Assembly (NCBI GenBank): GCA_009103225.1
Contig: RHPI01001616.1
Location: 126,640 to 190,639 of the forward strand
Direction of reading: 5' to 3'
DNA from: Chlorokybus atmophyticus
Taxonomy: Eukaryota; Plantae; Mesostigma and Chlorokybus algae
Length of the DNA stretch: 64,000 bases
Shown here: positions 1 to 12,788 of the stretch, in pieces
Numbering within the stretch: the first letter of the stretch is position 1
How the letters are laid out: each line of letters opens with the position of its first letter
Notes under the pieces: generated by a model
The model's input: the letters and a program-made list of their open reading frames with translations, nothing else
Database searches by the model: none
What the model was told of the DNA's origin: nothing
Program-made: the position numbers and the translations under genes

Positions 1-43
1 GAGAGAGAGAGAGAGAGGGAGGGAGGGAGAGAGAGAGAGAGAG
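1..43. repeat. (GA)n/(GGGA)n microsatellite
   Basis: Direct reading of the first 43 bases. Confidence 0.95.
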
Positions 44-534
44 GGGCAGGCAGAGGGCCGCGCCCTCTGCGCGATGGCAGTGCTGGTGGGCGCCGCGCGG
101 GCTGCACCCAGGGTGGCGGGCGGCTTAAACACCGCCTGCCGCCTACTGCAGCTCACGGAGGGCTTGACCGTCAAACTGTTCAACGCAATCCAGCCCCGCG
201 GACCTGTGGCACTGGAAATCATTGAGGGCGCTGAGGGCCCGCTTAACCCCGCGCTAGCAGGCTGCTCAAACTCACACTATCTCGATCACTCCAGCGCAAA
301 CACAATGAGCTCCGGCAACGCCAGAAGTTCGCGGGGCTGCACCGGGTCCGTCGCCTTGCCGACCTTACCCTCCATGAACTACACCAGGCGGCGTTAGACG
401 CAGTCCGCGTGCTTGACCACTATTGCCGCGCAGAGGATGATGTACACGAGCAAGCGGGTGACGCAACGGGCTCCACCTGCGGGGGCAGCGTTTGCTTGCA
501 AGCTGGCGCAATGCTGACACGTGTTTGAGTGCAA

Positions 535-2585
535 CCGGACCGGGCGTACTTTTTCATGTGTTGGTTGTGCAGTCCGGGCTTTGCAGCGCGAGCAAGCGCT
601 GATCCTGTTCTTGCGCGTGTCCATCTTGTCACGTCAACCAGCAGTCTTCACCCGACTGACAACGGCAAAGAAGCTGCTTGTAGCGATGAAGTTGAAATGT
701 ATGTTGACATACACACGTGCAAGTGACACGCCAACAACATCAACACAAGAGCATGACTGCTACTGCCGCCACAGCATCCGCACACATGCTACATCGTGAC
801 CTCTCTTCTTCATTGCAACAAGTCTGGGCTTTATACCCGGCCAGTCTCTACACACGTCTACATTGGCAAGCACCGCGTGCGCTATACTCAGCCGATTGCT
901 GTTCTGTAAGCTACGCTGTCTAGCTCACAACCAGAGCTTTCCAACAAGCTAAGCCACGCCTGCTAAGCTTACGTATCCACAAAGCTACGCGGTTTCTCCC
1001 AACGCTCTACTCAGCATCTGGTCCGGAGTCCGTCCTGGCTCGACCATCTTGCTAAGTCCGGAGTCCACGTGCTCAGCCCATACCTTCGACCCTCAACTTC
1101 TATATGAAGGGCAAGCTGACCGGATACAAGCATCACCCATGTAATACCTTCAACAATGTATGCAGTACACGGCACAGGGCCAAGTATGAACTCATCACTG
1201 ATATCCTTACTTGGTCCCACTTCAACACGTTCAGTTCAACATTGACAACAGTCAATCCGGACAGTAGCATCCCGGTGATGGTAACACTCGTTTTCCTGTG
1301 GCGCAAGCAGTCAACAAACTTGAGTGAGATGTTGAACAGGTGGCTGCATGGCAAACAATTCAATTCAAGCAAACAATGCACGCACCGCTGCCAGTAGGCC
1401 TGATCATTGTACTGACGTTTTGCAACCCAGCCAGCATGGCTTCTGTCTGGCCAGGATGGGCAACACAAAGCCCAGTCTGGCTTAGGTCGCCCCTTTGAGG
1501 AAAAGGCTGAGCCCACATGGCTGTGCGACCTGCAGCACCCGACTTAGATGTCTGCAGTTGGCAAACTTCATCAGTAAATAGGGGATTAAACATATTCTGT
1601 ACACATCTGCATACTACTCATGTACTCGCTTACAAACAATCATCGCACTTGCATGTGCAAATATACGGTACGTTTGGGCATATTCCGTGCTAGCGTAACC
1701 ATATGCATGTAGTATGGAGGGGGCCATGCATGCATGCATGCACGCACGCCTACTCATATACATGTATGCATTGTGAAGCCATGTTTGCATTCGCGCTAGG
1801 CCGCATGCATGCCTGCATGCATGCGATATAGACTATTTTACAGACATCGCAAAAGTTAGCTCTCGAGGTAGCTGTGGTCCGTGCAAAACCTACCACCAAT
1901 CCATGCAAGCACGCTTGACTAAAAAGACAGCATTTGCATAGGTCGTACAACGAAACCACTGTACCAAACCATCGATGTTAACGAAAGCAGCACTGCTTCT
2001 GCTTGCCTACCTGCCGTGCGGCACGGCAGGTAGGCATTGCCTTGTTGTTGACGGCGCCGTGCGTGGATATAAAGCACTCGAGCCCTTTCACGCACCCTCT
2101 CTAGCAGCAACCTCTTCACCTATTGTCACAAACAACACCCACACTGTGCCAGCACCAACGTGCCAGCGCCTCAAACCTGGCCGAACTAACAAGCTGCCTA
2201 CCAGCATGCTCTAGCAGGCAGCAGCTACGGAGCAAACCAGACAACAACTTGCCAAAAGCTTCAGCCAAAAGGTCTACAGCAATCCACTAGTCCTGCCTTC
2301 GCCCGCTGCCTCCGTCGCCGTCAGCAGCACCGCCGCCGCCACCGTTACCGCCACCACCAACGTCACCGACACTGCCGCCAACATGCACCAGCAGCTATGT
2401 CCTGCGCACATGTGCATGCATGCAGTCTTGTGCGGAAGAGCACAAGCTGTGCAAATTGCTTGTGCTACTAGGTTGCACCCAGGACGAGTCCACTGCAAAG
2501 GTTCTGGCTCGGGACCCACGCCTACGTCATGCGGGCCGGACGAGGGACTCTGACTTAGGGTTGAGGCCGTTTGAATTATGGCGCG
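535..2585 (-). pseudogene. Decayed, inverted copy of the promoter and 5' exons of the RecQ-RdRP gene (homologous to about 35245-37800)
   Basis: Minus-strand peptides WAQPFPQ...HPGQTEAMLAGLQNVSTMIRPTGSG (1394-1530), GMLLSGLTVVNVELNVLKWDQ (1213-1300) and QEQDQRLLALQSPDCTT (563-613) match exons at 37218-37800. Intron sequence is also shared (e.g. ttgtttgccatgcagcca vs aatgtttgccatgcagcca; tgcccaa..gtacc..ttgcacatgca.gtgcgatg). The copy carries deletions, frameshifts, a stop and an insertion of about 450 bp. Confidence 0.88.
2004..2036. repeat. Perfect 16-bp inverted repeat with 1-nt loop
   Basis: tgcctacctgccgtgc-g-gcacggcaggtaggca. Confidence 0.95.
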
Positions 2586-2886
2586 CAAGCACCAGACCTA
2601 GCATCAGGCCAGGCCATAAGCCTGCTCGCCGCCGCCATCGTCGTCGTCGTCGCCGCTCGTTGTTGTTGTCCTATCAGAGGAAGCTGTATTCAGTGACGTT
2701 GAGTCAAAGCTAGACACACACCACGCTCTCCCATCAGGCCCACAGTGTGGTATAGTCTGGTAGGAGAGTTTGGCCTGGTCTGGTTGGGTCTGGTCAGGTG
2801 GTGGAACTGGGAGGGAGCGTATGGGCGGCATGTCGCGGGCGATCGGGTACATCTGCAGACCGATCGGGTGAGAGCAGAAGCTTGCA

Positions 2887-4695
2887 ATGGCGTCGCTTTA
2901 CCTGTGTATCACATTACTCAAGCAGCGATTATTCTGTTTATATGTACATTGTGTACTTGGTCAGACCTCGGCACTCATAGTAATTTGCTTATGTTCTTAC
3001 TTGTTTGCTGGTTTGGGTAAGCATGCTGCTGTTGGGGACATGATCCACTGATGGCACCAAAGTGCAAACATCATCCCCTAACTCTGCCCAAACATGACTG
3101 CCATTGAACAGGTGTAGGAGAAACATCTGACAACATATACAGTTGCTGTACATGCTTATAAGTGTATCCCACTTGTTTTTGTGTTATGGTCAACATATCC
3201 AGCTTATAGCGTGTTGTTGTTCTATAAGGGCCAGGAAAACAAGTCTCTGAACATGTTACTTGGTGGTATCAGTCATGAAGTCATATTCACATTGTACACA
3301 TCATCAGCGTGCGTATATGTCCTGAAACTGATGAGGTATAATGCACAGGGTGAGTGTTGGGTTTGTGTACCCGTCGTACGCCTCGTACAAAGCCCTGGAA
3401 GCCAAGACGCCCGAAGCCAGCGCGCAGTGGCTGACGTATTGGGTGGTGTTCTCACTGTTCATCGTTGTAGAGTACATCGCGGACTACCTCTTCGCATCAT
3501 GGTCAGAGATGGATGGAATGCTTCCTACTGTTGCATCTCGATTTGATGTTGGTTGTTTTCTGCATGGGGGTAGGACTGTCAATGCCAAGTTTATGTGTGT
3601 GAGCGTGTGGTTACGTGCGAGTGTGTTTGTGAGTATGTACATACGTGCTCACACGCATGCGCGTGGTGTTGCATGCAAATGCCTGTTCCTTTTCGTACAC
3701 ATTCTCGCATGCACATTCTCGCATGCACTATATGAGACTGTACACACATGAGTGTACAGTCTTATATGTTACACACACCACATATGCGTGACTGTACACG
3801 AGCACAAGCACGCGCTGTGTGTCACTTCTTATGACCATTGCTATCCGTGTGCAGGTTACCGTTTGCGGCGGTTTACTACGTTGCAAAACTCGGCTTCATT
3901 ATTTGGCTACAGCTGCCACAAACACAGGTTGGGTATTTTTCAACGCACACATCACATGCTAGTTGTGCTGACACACGCATACTGTCCATCTGCAGGGTGC
4001 CAACGTGCTTTACGTGAAGGCCATCCAGCCGCTCATTAAGAGGCACGAGGCTAAGATCGACCAAACGCTCGAGCAGGGACGCATGACGGCGGAGTCCAAC
4101 TTCTTCCACATCCGCTCACGCATCACGGTGCGTAGCGTGTTTGTGCGTGTTGCACTTCAATCCTTGATGTGGTTGCAATGCCCAACAGTGCTGTGAAGTG
4201 GAGTGCGGTTCGTCCATGCATGTGTTTCTGCTTGCATGCCCTGCATCTCTTGTTTGCACTGTCTGTGATACACACATTGCCCTGATGTTGCACTCATAGC
4301 TAGGATGCAGCACTGGTAGCTCAAGGTACCCATCACCTGAGCACACATACGGTTGGCATCACACACACACACCTTCTTGCGTAGTATCATTGCCAACACA
4401 GTCTGTGCAACACGCAAGCCAAGTTTATTGTCGCTAAGTACAGTACAGCAAGGCAGAGTGCAGTGATTCTGATCAAACAAGTCCACAAGTAGTAGCTTAT
4501 CTCCGACTCACATCAAATCTCTGAATCTCTTGCCTTCAGGGTTCTGGTGTGGTGAATAGGCATTCTCCCTCCGACCACGCCTCTTTCGGTGGCCGGGTGG
4601 TGGTGTCGGCCGCGGATGAGGCGGCATCCTCATCAACGGGAGGTGGCGGACCGCCGGGGCGCGTCAAGGGAAAGGACTTTAACGATACATTGTAG
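2887..4695 (+). CDS. TB2/DP1/HVA22 (REEP/Yop1) family ER-shaping membrane protein, about 5 exons
   Basis: Exons encode VSVGFVYPSYASYKALEAKTPEASAQWLTYWVVFSLFIVVEYIADY (about 3350-3502), LPFAAVYYVAKLGFIIWLQLPQTQ and GANVLYVKAIQPLIKRHEAKID, all family signature motifs. The last exon ends KDFNDTL* at 4695. The first exon and start codon are tentative. Confidence 0.9.
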
Positions 4696-5061
4696 TTTGA
4701 AGCGGATTAGCAGCAGACTGTATAGTATCTTTGCATCATTCCAGTTGGTGTCTCTGGACGTGTTGCGAGCGTGTGAGCATGATGATGATCTCAAGTGCGT
4801 GTGGAATTGCATGCTGCTTGTATGCAAGCAGTCTATACGTGTGTGTGCATGTTGTGCTGCGGGTAGGCCTACAACAAGTCAGTCTTTGTCTTTGCTGGTT
4901 AGCCTGCAATATGTTACTGGTCAAACATTCTGCTGTCAGGTTGTCATCAGCAAACCCCAAATGCAGGCCAGCACTTTTACTTGCACAAACCAACGAGCAT
5001 GTCAGAGAGTCCAACATGTGGCTTGTTGAGACTGCTGTCAATAACCTCGAGAACGTTCTCA

Positions 5062-8000
5062 TCAACTCCAAGTCAACACTTCCCTCAGCAACGCGAACCT
5101 CATATCGCCCTCTTTCACTTTCACATTCACACTACCATTCTTCCCTCCCTCATTGCCAAAAAAGGCTGCGACGGGGTCCTCGAGTGCGACAAGGTCCTCA
5201 TCCGATGCATTCCCGGCATCATCCTGACCCATCTGGGACCCTAACTCTGTCTGGGACCAGCCCGGGACCAGGACTTTGGGTGGTGGGGACTCGTATTTGC
5301 ACGCCGGGGGCAAGACTACGGGGGACTTGGTGGTGTCCAACATGTTGTTGTGGTTGGTGGTGGTGTTGTTGGTGTTCTTTTTGCTGTGCTTGGAGGTGTC
5401 GATGCCCGCGGCAGCGTCGATGGCGAGGAAGAGAGACTGAGGGACCACTTCGGGGGCGGCCTCGTCGGGTTTGTAACGCTCCAGAAGGCGCCTGATGATC
5501 GGCAGCGACAACCCAACACAAACCTGGTGATGCACATAACACATGTTACGACGACAAAACCTACACACGCACGCACGCACGCGCGCACACACGCACGCAC
5601 GCGCGCGCGCACGCACGCGCGCGCGCCCGCGCACACGCACTTGCAAGCACACACGCGCGCACGTGTGCGTGTGCACGCAGGGGCGCGCCCACCCACACAT
5701 CCGTCATTTGTCACCTCATGTCGTATCTGCGCGTCGAGCAGTCCCCGTTTCGGAAACATCAGCAGGTCCGCCGCCGCGCGCAGCAGCGGGAATAGCGGCG
5801 CGAACCCCGCGTTGGGACTGCCCGCCGCCCTCCTTTCTCCTCCTCCGCCGCCGCTAGGAACTGCGGGCTCACTCACGCCAGCCCTACACGCAAACGGGAA
5901 TGTTGGGTTCAGAGTCATTATAGTATGCGGTACTTGCAGTTTGTGCTGTAAGATGCCTCACGTACGGCACGTAACCCCAACAATGCAAGATACTACTACA
6001 TAACAGTGCACACTGTACTACACAGTACACCGAGGCTTGAACTCAAGTACAGCACACAGCCAACAACAGTACACAGTGTTGCATGCGTTCACCCACCCAC
6101 ACCCATAACTCACCTCACAGCCCAGTCGTTCCACGCCGCCACCGCGATCTTCATCCCCGCCCCCGCCCCGAACGTCAGCCCCTTGTCATAATAATAGTTA
6201 TCATCTTGAACATAGCTACTTCCTAAGGGGAGGGCGCGCGGGTCGAAGTGGGAGGAGTCGGAGGTGGAGGGGGGAGAGCGTGAGGGTGTGGGTGTGGGTG
6301 TGGGGGTGGGCAGTGGGTTGTGGGTTGGGGGGGAGGGGGAGGGGGTTGGGTGGCGGAGGAGGGAGGTGAGGAGGGCTGCGTCGAGGCGTTTGCACAGGTG
6401 GCGAAGGACCTGGAAGAAGGTTGTGTTGGGTTAATGGGTTCTAGACAAGGGACTCACGCCATCAGTGCTTGTCTCTATGCACACACGTGCACAAGCGCGC
6501 GCACAAGCATGCCCGCAAACACACGGGTGAACGCGCACGCGTGCGTACCCCCATGTATATAGCTTGCAAGCACACATGCTCGTGCACGCACGCTTACGCA
6601 CATGCATACGCACGCACGCACGCGCACGCATGCTTGCAACAACTTGCGCACACTCACGCACACACACGCTTGTGCATGCGCACACGCACATGCACATGCA
6701 CGCGCACACATGCTCGCACACACACATGCTCGTACACGTACACGCACACACACATACACACGCGCACACAGGCTCGTACACACATGCGCATGCATGTTCG
6801 TAAATACGCGCGTGTGTGCGCATACGGACACGTACGCGCATGCGCACACACGCGGTTGCGAATAGACATGCTCGGTACACGCATGCTCGCGCACATACGC
6901 CCGCCCGCCCGCCCGCCNNNNNNNNNNNNNNNNNNNNNNNNNNNNNNNNNNNNNNNNNNNNNNNNNNNNNNNNNNNNNNNNNNNNNNNNNNNNNNNNNNN
7001 NNNNNNNNNNNNNNNNNNNNNNNNNNNNNNNNNNNNNNNNNNNNNNNNNNNNNNNNNNNNNNNNNNNNNNNNNNNNNNNNNNNNNNNNNNNNNNNNNNNN
7101 NNNNNNNNNNNNNNNNNNNNNNNNNNNNNNNNNNNNNNNNNNNNNNNNNNNNNNNNNNNNNNNNNNNNNNNNNNNNNNNNNNNNNNNNNNNNNNNNNNNN
7201 NNNNNNNNNNNNNNNNNNNNNNNNNNNNNNNNNNNNNNNNNNNNNNNNNNNNNNNNNNNNNNNNNNNNNNNNNNNNNNNNNNNNNNNNNNNNNNNNNNNN
7301 NNNNNNNNNNNNNNNNNNNNNNNCATCTCACTCTCACCTGTCCCGTGAGCACTCCCATCGCCCCGCCCACCCGTTCCTTATCCCCGCACCCACACAACCT
7401 CATTCTCGCCGCCGACAGGACCGAAAGCCACCTCGACGTCGCATCCCCACGCTGGGCCTTGAACTACAATGATGTTGGTGTGTGGATGTGTGTTACGCGC
7501 ATACACACCTTCTTACTTGGCCGCTGCCTTGCATGGCGGGCAGGCATAGGTCGGCCCATAGGCGGCCGAGGATGCGCGCGTGGGCGGCGGTGCAGAGCTG
7601 GGAGAGACAGTCGAGGACGGCTGGGGAAGGGGTGGGAGAGTGAGGCGTGTGCGTGTGTGTGCGTGAGAGAGAGAGTGGGAGTGGGCGTGGGCGTGGGTGT
7701 GTGCCTATGTGTCTGTGTGCGTATACTTGTGCTTGCACACGCCCCAGCGACATGTGTGAGAGTGACAGTGTGACCGTGAATATGAGTCCGAGAGTGAGGA
7801 TGAGAATGAGTGTGTGGGAGTCTGCGCGTGCATGTGCGTGTGTGAATGCAACTGTGTGTGTGCGCATGTGTGTGTGTGCACGCGTGCGCATGCGTGCATA
7901 CATGCTTGTGTAGTTGTGTGGGCACCTGGGTCTGGCTGGCACGCTTGCTCCTGCTGCCCCATCAGCGTCATGCGCGCAAGCAACATCGCGCAATTCACCC

Positions 8001-8688
8001 ACCAGAACGTCAACCTCCCAACATCACCCTCACTCGCCTTCATCTGCACGCACACACAAACCACACATCTCACCACATACCCTCATACTCAAATCCAAGA
8101 TCATATGTGCAACTGTATGCGTGCACGTGTGTCATGTGTGTGTGTGTGTGTGTGTGGGGGGGGGGGTNGCACGTGTGCGTACATGTGCATCTGTGTCTAT
8201 GTGTGTATGTGTGTGTGTGCTCTCTCTCTCTCTCTCTCTCTTACCGCCCACGCCACCGCTCCCACCGCTCTCCTCCCAAAAAGCACCCCCGCCGCGTCCT
8301 CCCCCGCGCCGTACTTGCAGGCGTGGGCCCAGTAGCGCGCGAGGCGGCGGGCGGGAGCCGTGGCTGCAGATGAGGATGACGAGGAGGGGAAGGAGATGCG
8401 GTACACGGCGAGTTCGAGGAGGGCAACGTCGCGGAGCTCGGACTGCGCGACAGGGTGTTGTGGGTGGGTGGGTGGGTGCGTGCGTGTGAGCATGTGCGAG
8501 TGTGTGCGAGCACATACGAGCAATGGTGCTTGCATGCACGCGCGCATAATGCGTGTGGGTGTTTGTGTTTGCACGTACACAGACGCGCTGTCTTAGACAC
8601 GCACAGGCACATGTGGGCGTGGGCGTGTGGGCGAACATAGCATGCGCGAGCACATACACTGGCACACATACCCACGCTTCACACATTT

Positions 8689-8725
<37 letters not shown>

Positions 8726-10970
8726 CAGAGACACAGGTACGCGTGTGCGTGCGTGCGTGCATGTGTATGCATGATTGCATGTACGTGCGCATGCGTATGT
8801 GCCTGCATGCGTGCATGTATGGCCGTCACCAGTCAACTTTCAAATCCACGCAAGCCTTGTTGGTATCCACACCTTAACCCGCAACAGCTTCGCTTCCGCC
8901 GTCGCCGCTCTTCTCGCCGCCTCTTTCGCCCGCTCTTCCAGCACAGCCACCTCCTTACTCATCCCACTTCCCGCCTCTTCTCCCCGTGCGGACGACGCAT
9001 ACAACGGCGTGATGGCGCTCTTCGCCCTCGCATCACGCACATCACGCACATCACTCTTCACAACTACTTTGTCATTCCCAACTATACGCGCAAGGACTTC
9101 GCTCTGCTTCCCATGTCCATCACCACCGCCATCATCATCACCAACACCACTATCAACATCAGCATTGATGTTGTGTTCGTGTGTGGCGTGTTGTTTGGGT
9201 GTTGGGTCGGCTGTGGCGGAGCGCATCAGTCGGGTTGCGGCGAACACGCCGGAAGCGGCGGTGAGAGCTCTCCTTGATGTGGGGGACACGGAGGATGTTG
9301 GTGGGGATTGAGTGGTTGTTGAAGACGTTGTTGTTGTTGGTGGTGGGGAGGTGGCGTCGGGTTGCTGTGCAGCGGATTGGGAAGCGGCTCTGCAGGTGAC
9401 ATAAACGAGTGTGTTACAAGCGTGAACACGTAGAATTGCACAGGCACAACTGCACCCAACACCACACACAAGCACTGTAAACGCGTCTACACGCACACAC
9501 GCACGCACGCACACGAGCACACGCATAGGCGCATACACGCACGCGGGCGGGCACGTGCACAAGCACATACACGCACGCGCGTATGTGGTCATTCATACTC
9601 AAGCACAACCATGCACGCGCACGCGGGCAGGCATGTACACACACGCGCAGGCACGCAAGCACGCATACTCAAATCCACACAGCTCACCTCCGCACCACTG
9701 CGTCCGCGAACCGGTTCGCCGGCGTGTGTCTATACGGCTTATTCCCCGCTTGATCCGCTACCGCGACGGGGTTGGGCCACCCGCCCGCCGCGCGCACAAC
9801 CTTCGCTTCCTCTTTATCTTGCTTATCTGCCCTCCCACTCACACCCACTTTACGCTCATCAACCTTCTCATCCTCTTCTTCGTCCTTCTCCTCCTCCTCC
9901 TCATCCATGTTGTTGTTGTGGTGGTTGTCTTTCTTCTGGTTGCTAACTTTATCCTCCTCCTCGCCCTCTTCGTCCGTTAGCATGATCTCCTCCTCCTTCT
10001 CCTCCTCATCCACCTCGTCTATCTTATGCACCGGCGAGTTCTAATCACAAAGACACACAGACACACATTCAATGACAAAGATACATAAGGCAACAGGCAT
10101 GTGTAACTATGTGTGTGCTTACTGCGGCGGATTGTTGGCGTTTGGCTTCGTTGGCGCGCCACGATGAGGCGACGGAAGCAGCGAAGGTGGAGGCGTCGGC
10201 ACCGAGAGCAATGCCGTCGTCGTCGTCGTCTTCTCCAGTGTGTTGCACACCCTACATGAAGTGGTTGTTGGGGATGTATACACATTGAACATGGGCAGAC
10301 ATGCATACACTTTCAATGATACAAGAGTATGTGTATAGCACATGAGTGCAGTCACACGCATGAACGCACAGGCACACGCACACGCGCTGACATACACGCA
10401 CCTCGTCGTCTTCAGCGAGTGCTCGCGCGAGATCTTCTCTGTCCATATCATCAATATCGCCCTCATCGTCGTCATCATCACCACCATTGTGACTGTTGTT
10501 GAGATTGCTGCTGCCATTGCGAGCGCCGCCCTTCGCGGGATTGAAGCTGGCGACGGAGGAGGTGTCGGCGGAGTAGGCGCTCGAGGCGTCGCTGAACCCA
10601 CCGTCGCTGTTGGGCAACAAAGGTCTGTAAGTTCTGTGCAAAACCATGTGCGTGTGCGCATGTGAGCGTGCGCGCGTGTGTGCGCATGTCTGCACATGCA
10701 TGTGCGTACCTCTATACATGACATTTGCATATGCGTTTACCAAAATGCGGGAGACTGAGTAAGCCACACAGTGTGTGAAACTGGCTCAAGAGATGATAAC
10801 AGCAAGTCAACACTTACCTGCGCGCTCTGCCTTTCCCGCTCTTGCGCCACGAACACCCTATCGTCACCTTCAGCTCCGGCTGCCCACCCGACTGCACCAC
10901 GCAAACACACACTCACTATCACCACCCACAACCCGCACCACACACCCGCGCACACACGCACGCACACGCA

Positions 10971-11002
<32 letters not shown>

Positions 11003-11980
11003 CACGCGCATGCGCTCGCACACAAAGACATGCATACACACGCAGACACGCGCACGCACGCACGCACACAATATCCCTATCGGCGCTTTCGCTTATGACT
11101 TCTCATGCACACCCACCCACCCCCACCCAACAACCCCTCCTCTCACCGCTTTGGCCGTATCTTTCCCCACGGCCACCCCCCACCCCTTCTCCTCCTTACT
11201 CTCAAACCCCGCATACTCCGCCAGATCAATCACCACCCTCCCCAGCGGGTTCCCGCTCAGCTTCTTCTTCAAGTCCTTCTCCTCGACCAAGTGAACCTCT
11301 ATCGTCAACGCCTTCTTGGCGAAACCGACGCCGGACTTCTCTTTGTAGAGAGTGGCGGGCACGGAGACGGTGGTGTCGGGGGGGAAGGAGACTTGGTGCT
11401 TGTTGGAGGGGTGTTTGGAGCCGGGGTGGGAGGCGAGGCCGCTGCGGCGGGATCCGCGCTGCCAGGAGATGAGGACCTGGGGAGGGTGGGTGGTTATGTG
11501 GGTCTGTGGGTGGGTGGGTGGGTGGGTGAGTGATATGTGATTGAGAGTGTAAGGTAGCGTGCGTGTGCGCGTGCATGTGTCAGCGGGTGTGTGAGTGCAT
11601 GTGCGTACGTGTGTATATGTGTGTGTATGTGTGTTTTGTATGTATGTATGTGCGCCTGCGTGCATATGCAAGCATACGTGCATGTGAGCGCCCAAGTACA
11701 TGTCTGTCTGTACGTGCGCGAACGCATGTGTGCGTACGCGTATGCGTGCACACGTATGTGTGCATCGGCGCACGCTTGCGCACGCGCGCGTGTGTGTGTA
11801 TGACTGATGTGATAAAGACGCCACCACACGCACACGCGCTCGCACACTGCACACTCCCTGCACCTTTTCGCTGTCTCTGATTGGTGGCCACGGCGCCAGC
11901 AAGTGCACTCTAATGTCAAAGTCGAACTTGACGGGGGCGCCCGCACCGCCCTTCGAACCGCCCCGACCGAACAAACCCAT
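5062..11980 (-). CDS. NT-C2 (EEIG1/EHBP1 N-terminal C2) domain protein with coiled coil and plant-type C-terminal helical domain
   Basis: N-terminus [25 protein letters not shown]|[28 protein letters not shown] (NT-C2). Later exons: [27 protein letters not shown]; LTFWWVN; [33 protein letters not shown]; [15 protein letters not shown]; [25 protein letters not shown]. One intron contains an N gap. Confidence 0.88.
6465..6917. repeat. Long degenerate alternating purine-pyrimidine (CA/CG/TG/TA) intronic tract running into an assembly gap
   Basis: About 450 bp of mostly RY alternation (gcacacacgtgcacaagcgcgcgcac...). Similar tracts fill many introns in the window. Confidence 0.9.
6918..7323. other. 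Assembly gap (N run); further gaps at 14204-14573, 23857-23910 and 41725-41898
   Basis: N runs, mostly abutting G/C homopolymers or simple repeats. Confidence 0.99.
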
Positions 11981-12167
11981 GGTTGATTGTGTGTATACAA
12001 CAACCTCACTTCACTCACTGAGTGACTGACTCAGTTTCATTCAGTAAGCAATGAGCTCAGTCCTTCCATTCAGATCAGTCAAGCAAGTGAGGTTCGCCGG
12101 CCAAGTGGTGTACGATTCTGATTCGGCATGCTGGTGAGCTTGACTGATCTGGACTGGGATGATTTGG

Positions 12168-12473
12168 CCTGGCCTGGCCTGAGATGCCTTTGCCCAGTCT
12201 GCCCTGGCCTCGGTTTTCCAGGCCTGGCCTGGCCTGGCCTGGCCTGGCTTGACCTGAAACCCTAGATCTTCCCTTGTATCCTACCCCTTCGCTTCCTCCC
12301 TGTCCTGGGACCTAATCTGTCTGGTGGGGCGATCTCACCCTCCAACCTGCCACCCTCTCCCCTTCCGTCGAAGACTGGCCTGGTCGCCGCCCCCCCGCCG
12401 CCCGCCGCCCCAGGCCTACTGGCCTGACCTGAGGATGGCCTGGTCTGGTACGGCCTGGTCTAACGTCACGTGA
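12168..12473. promoter_or_regulatory. Divergent promoter region with (GGCCT)n arrays, a telobox-like AAACCCTAG (12257) and GTCACGTGA (12465)
   Basis: Lies between the ATG at 11980 (-) and the ATG at 12789 (+). Contains ggcctggcctggcctggcctggcctgg at about 12220-12247 and further copies. Confidence 0.6.
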
Positions 12474-12788
12474 GCAGACTTTTCACCTTTGATATATTTC
12501 ATTTTCACAAAGCATAACTTAACGTAGCTAAGATGGATAGTGCAGCTTCATAACGTTACGTTTGCTAGCTATGCTGGTAGAGCGGCGGCGACGGCGGTAA
12601 GGAGGAGGCGACGGTGGACCAGGACGAGGTGGTGGAGACATTTAGTCTATACGGTAATTGTTGTAGCTCTTAGCAGGAAGGGAGTGATCAAGGGTTGTAT
12701 GGCAAAAGTGAGGAGTTGGAGGTTGTAGTTATCACCGTCGTGGTAGTTATTGTTGCAGTTCATGGTGTCGGTGTGCATGTAGCCGAGC

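Noticed and set aside
60-500. GC-rich coding-like stretch whose minus frame (..KHADCV*RRLV*FMEGK..) suggested TAA/TAG=Gln reassignment or RIP-like CpA-to-TpA decay
   Set aside because: Real genes here end in TAA or TAG (13566, 4695, 20770), so the code is standard. The aligned pseudogene segments showed no obvious directional C-to-T bias by eye. The segment could not be identified.
6469-7773. Long ORFs rich in H/T/R/A or C/V/M (e.g. 6469-7773, 8132-8836, 10771-11472, 28670-29281)
   Set aside because: They are translations of alternating purine-pyrimidine intron repeats and N gaps, with no protein signal.
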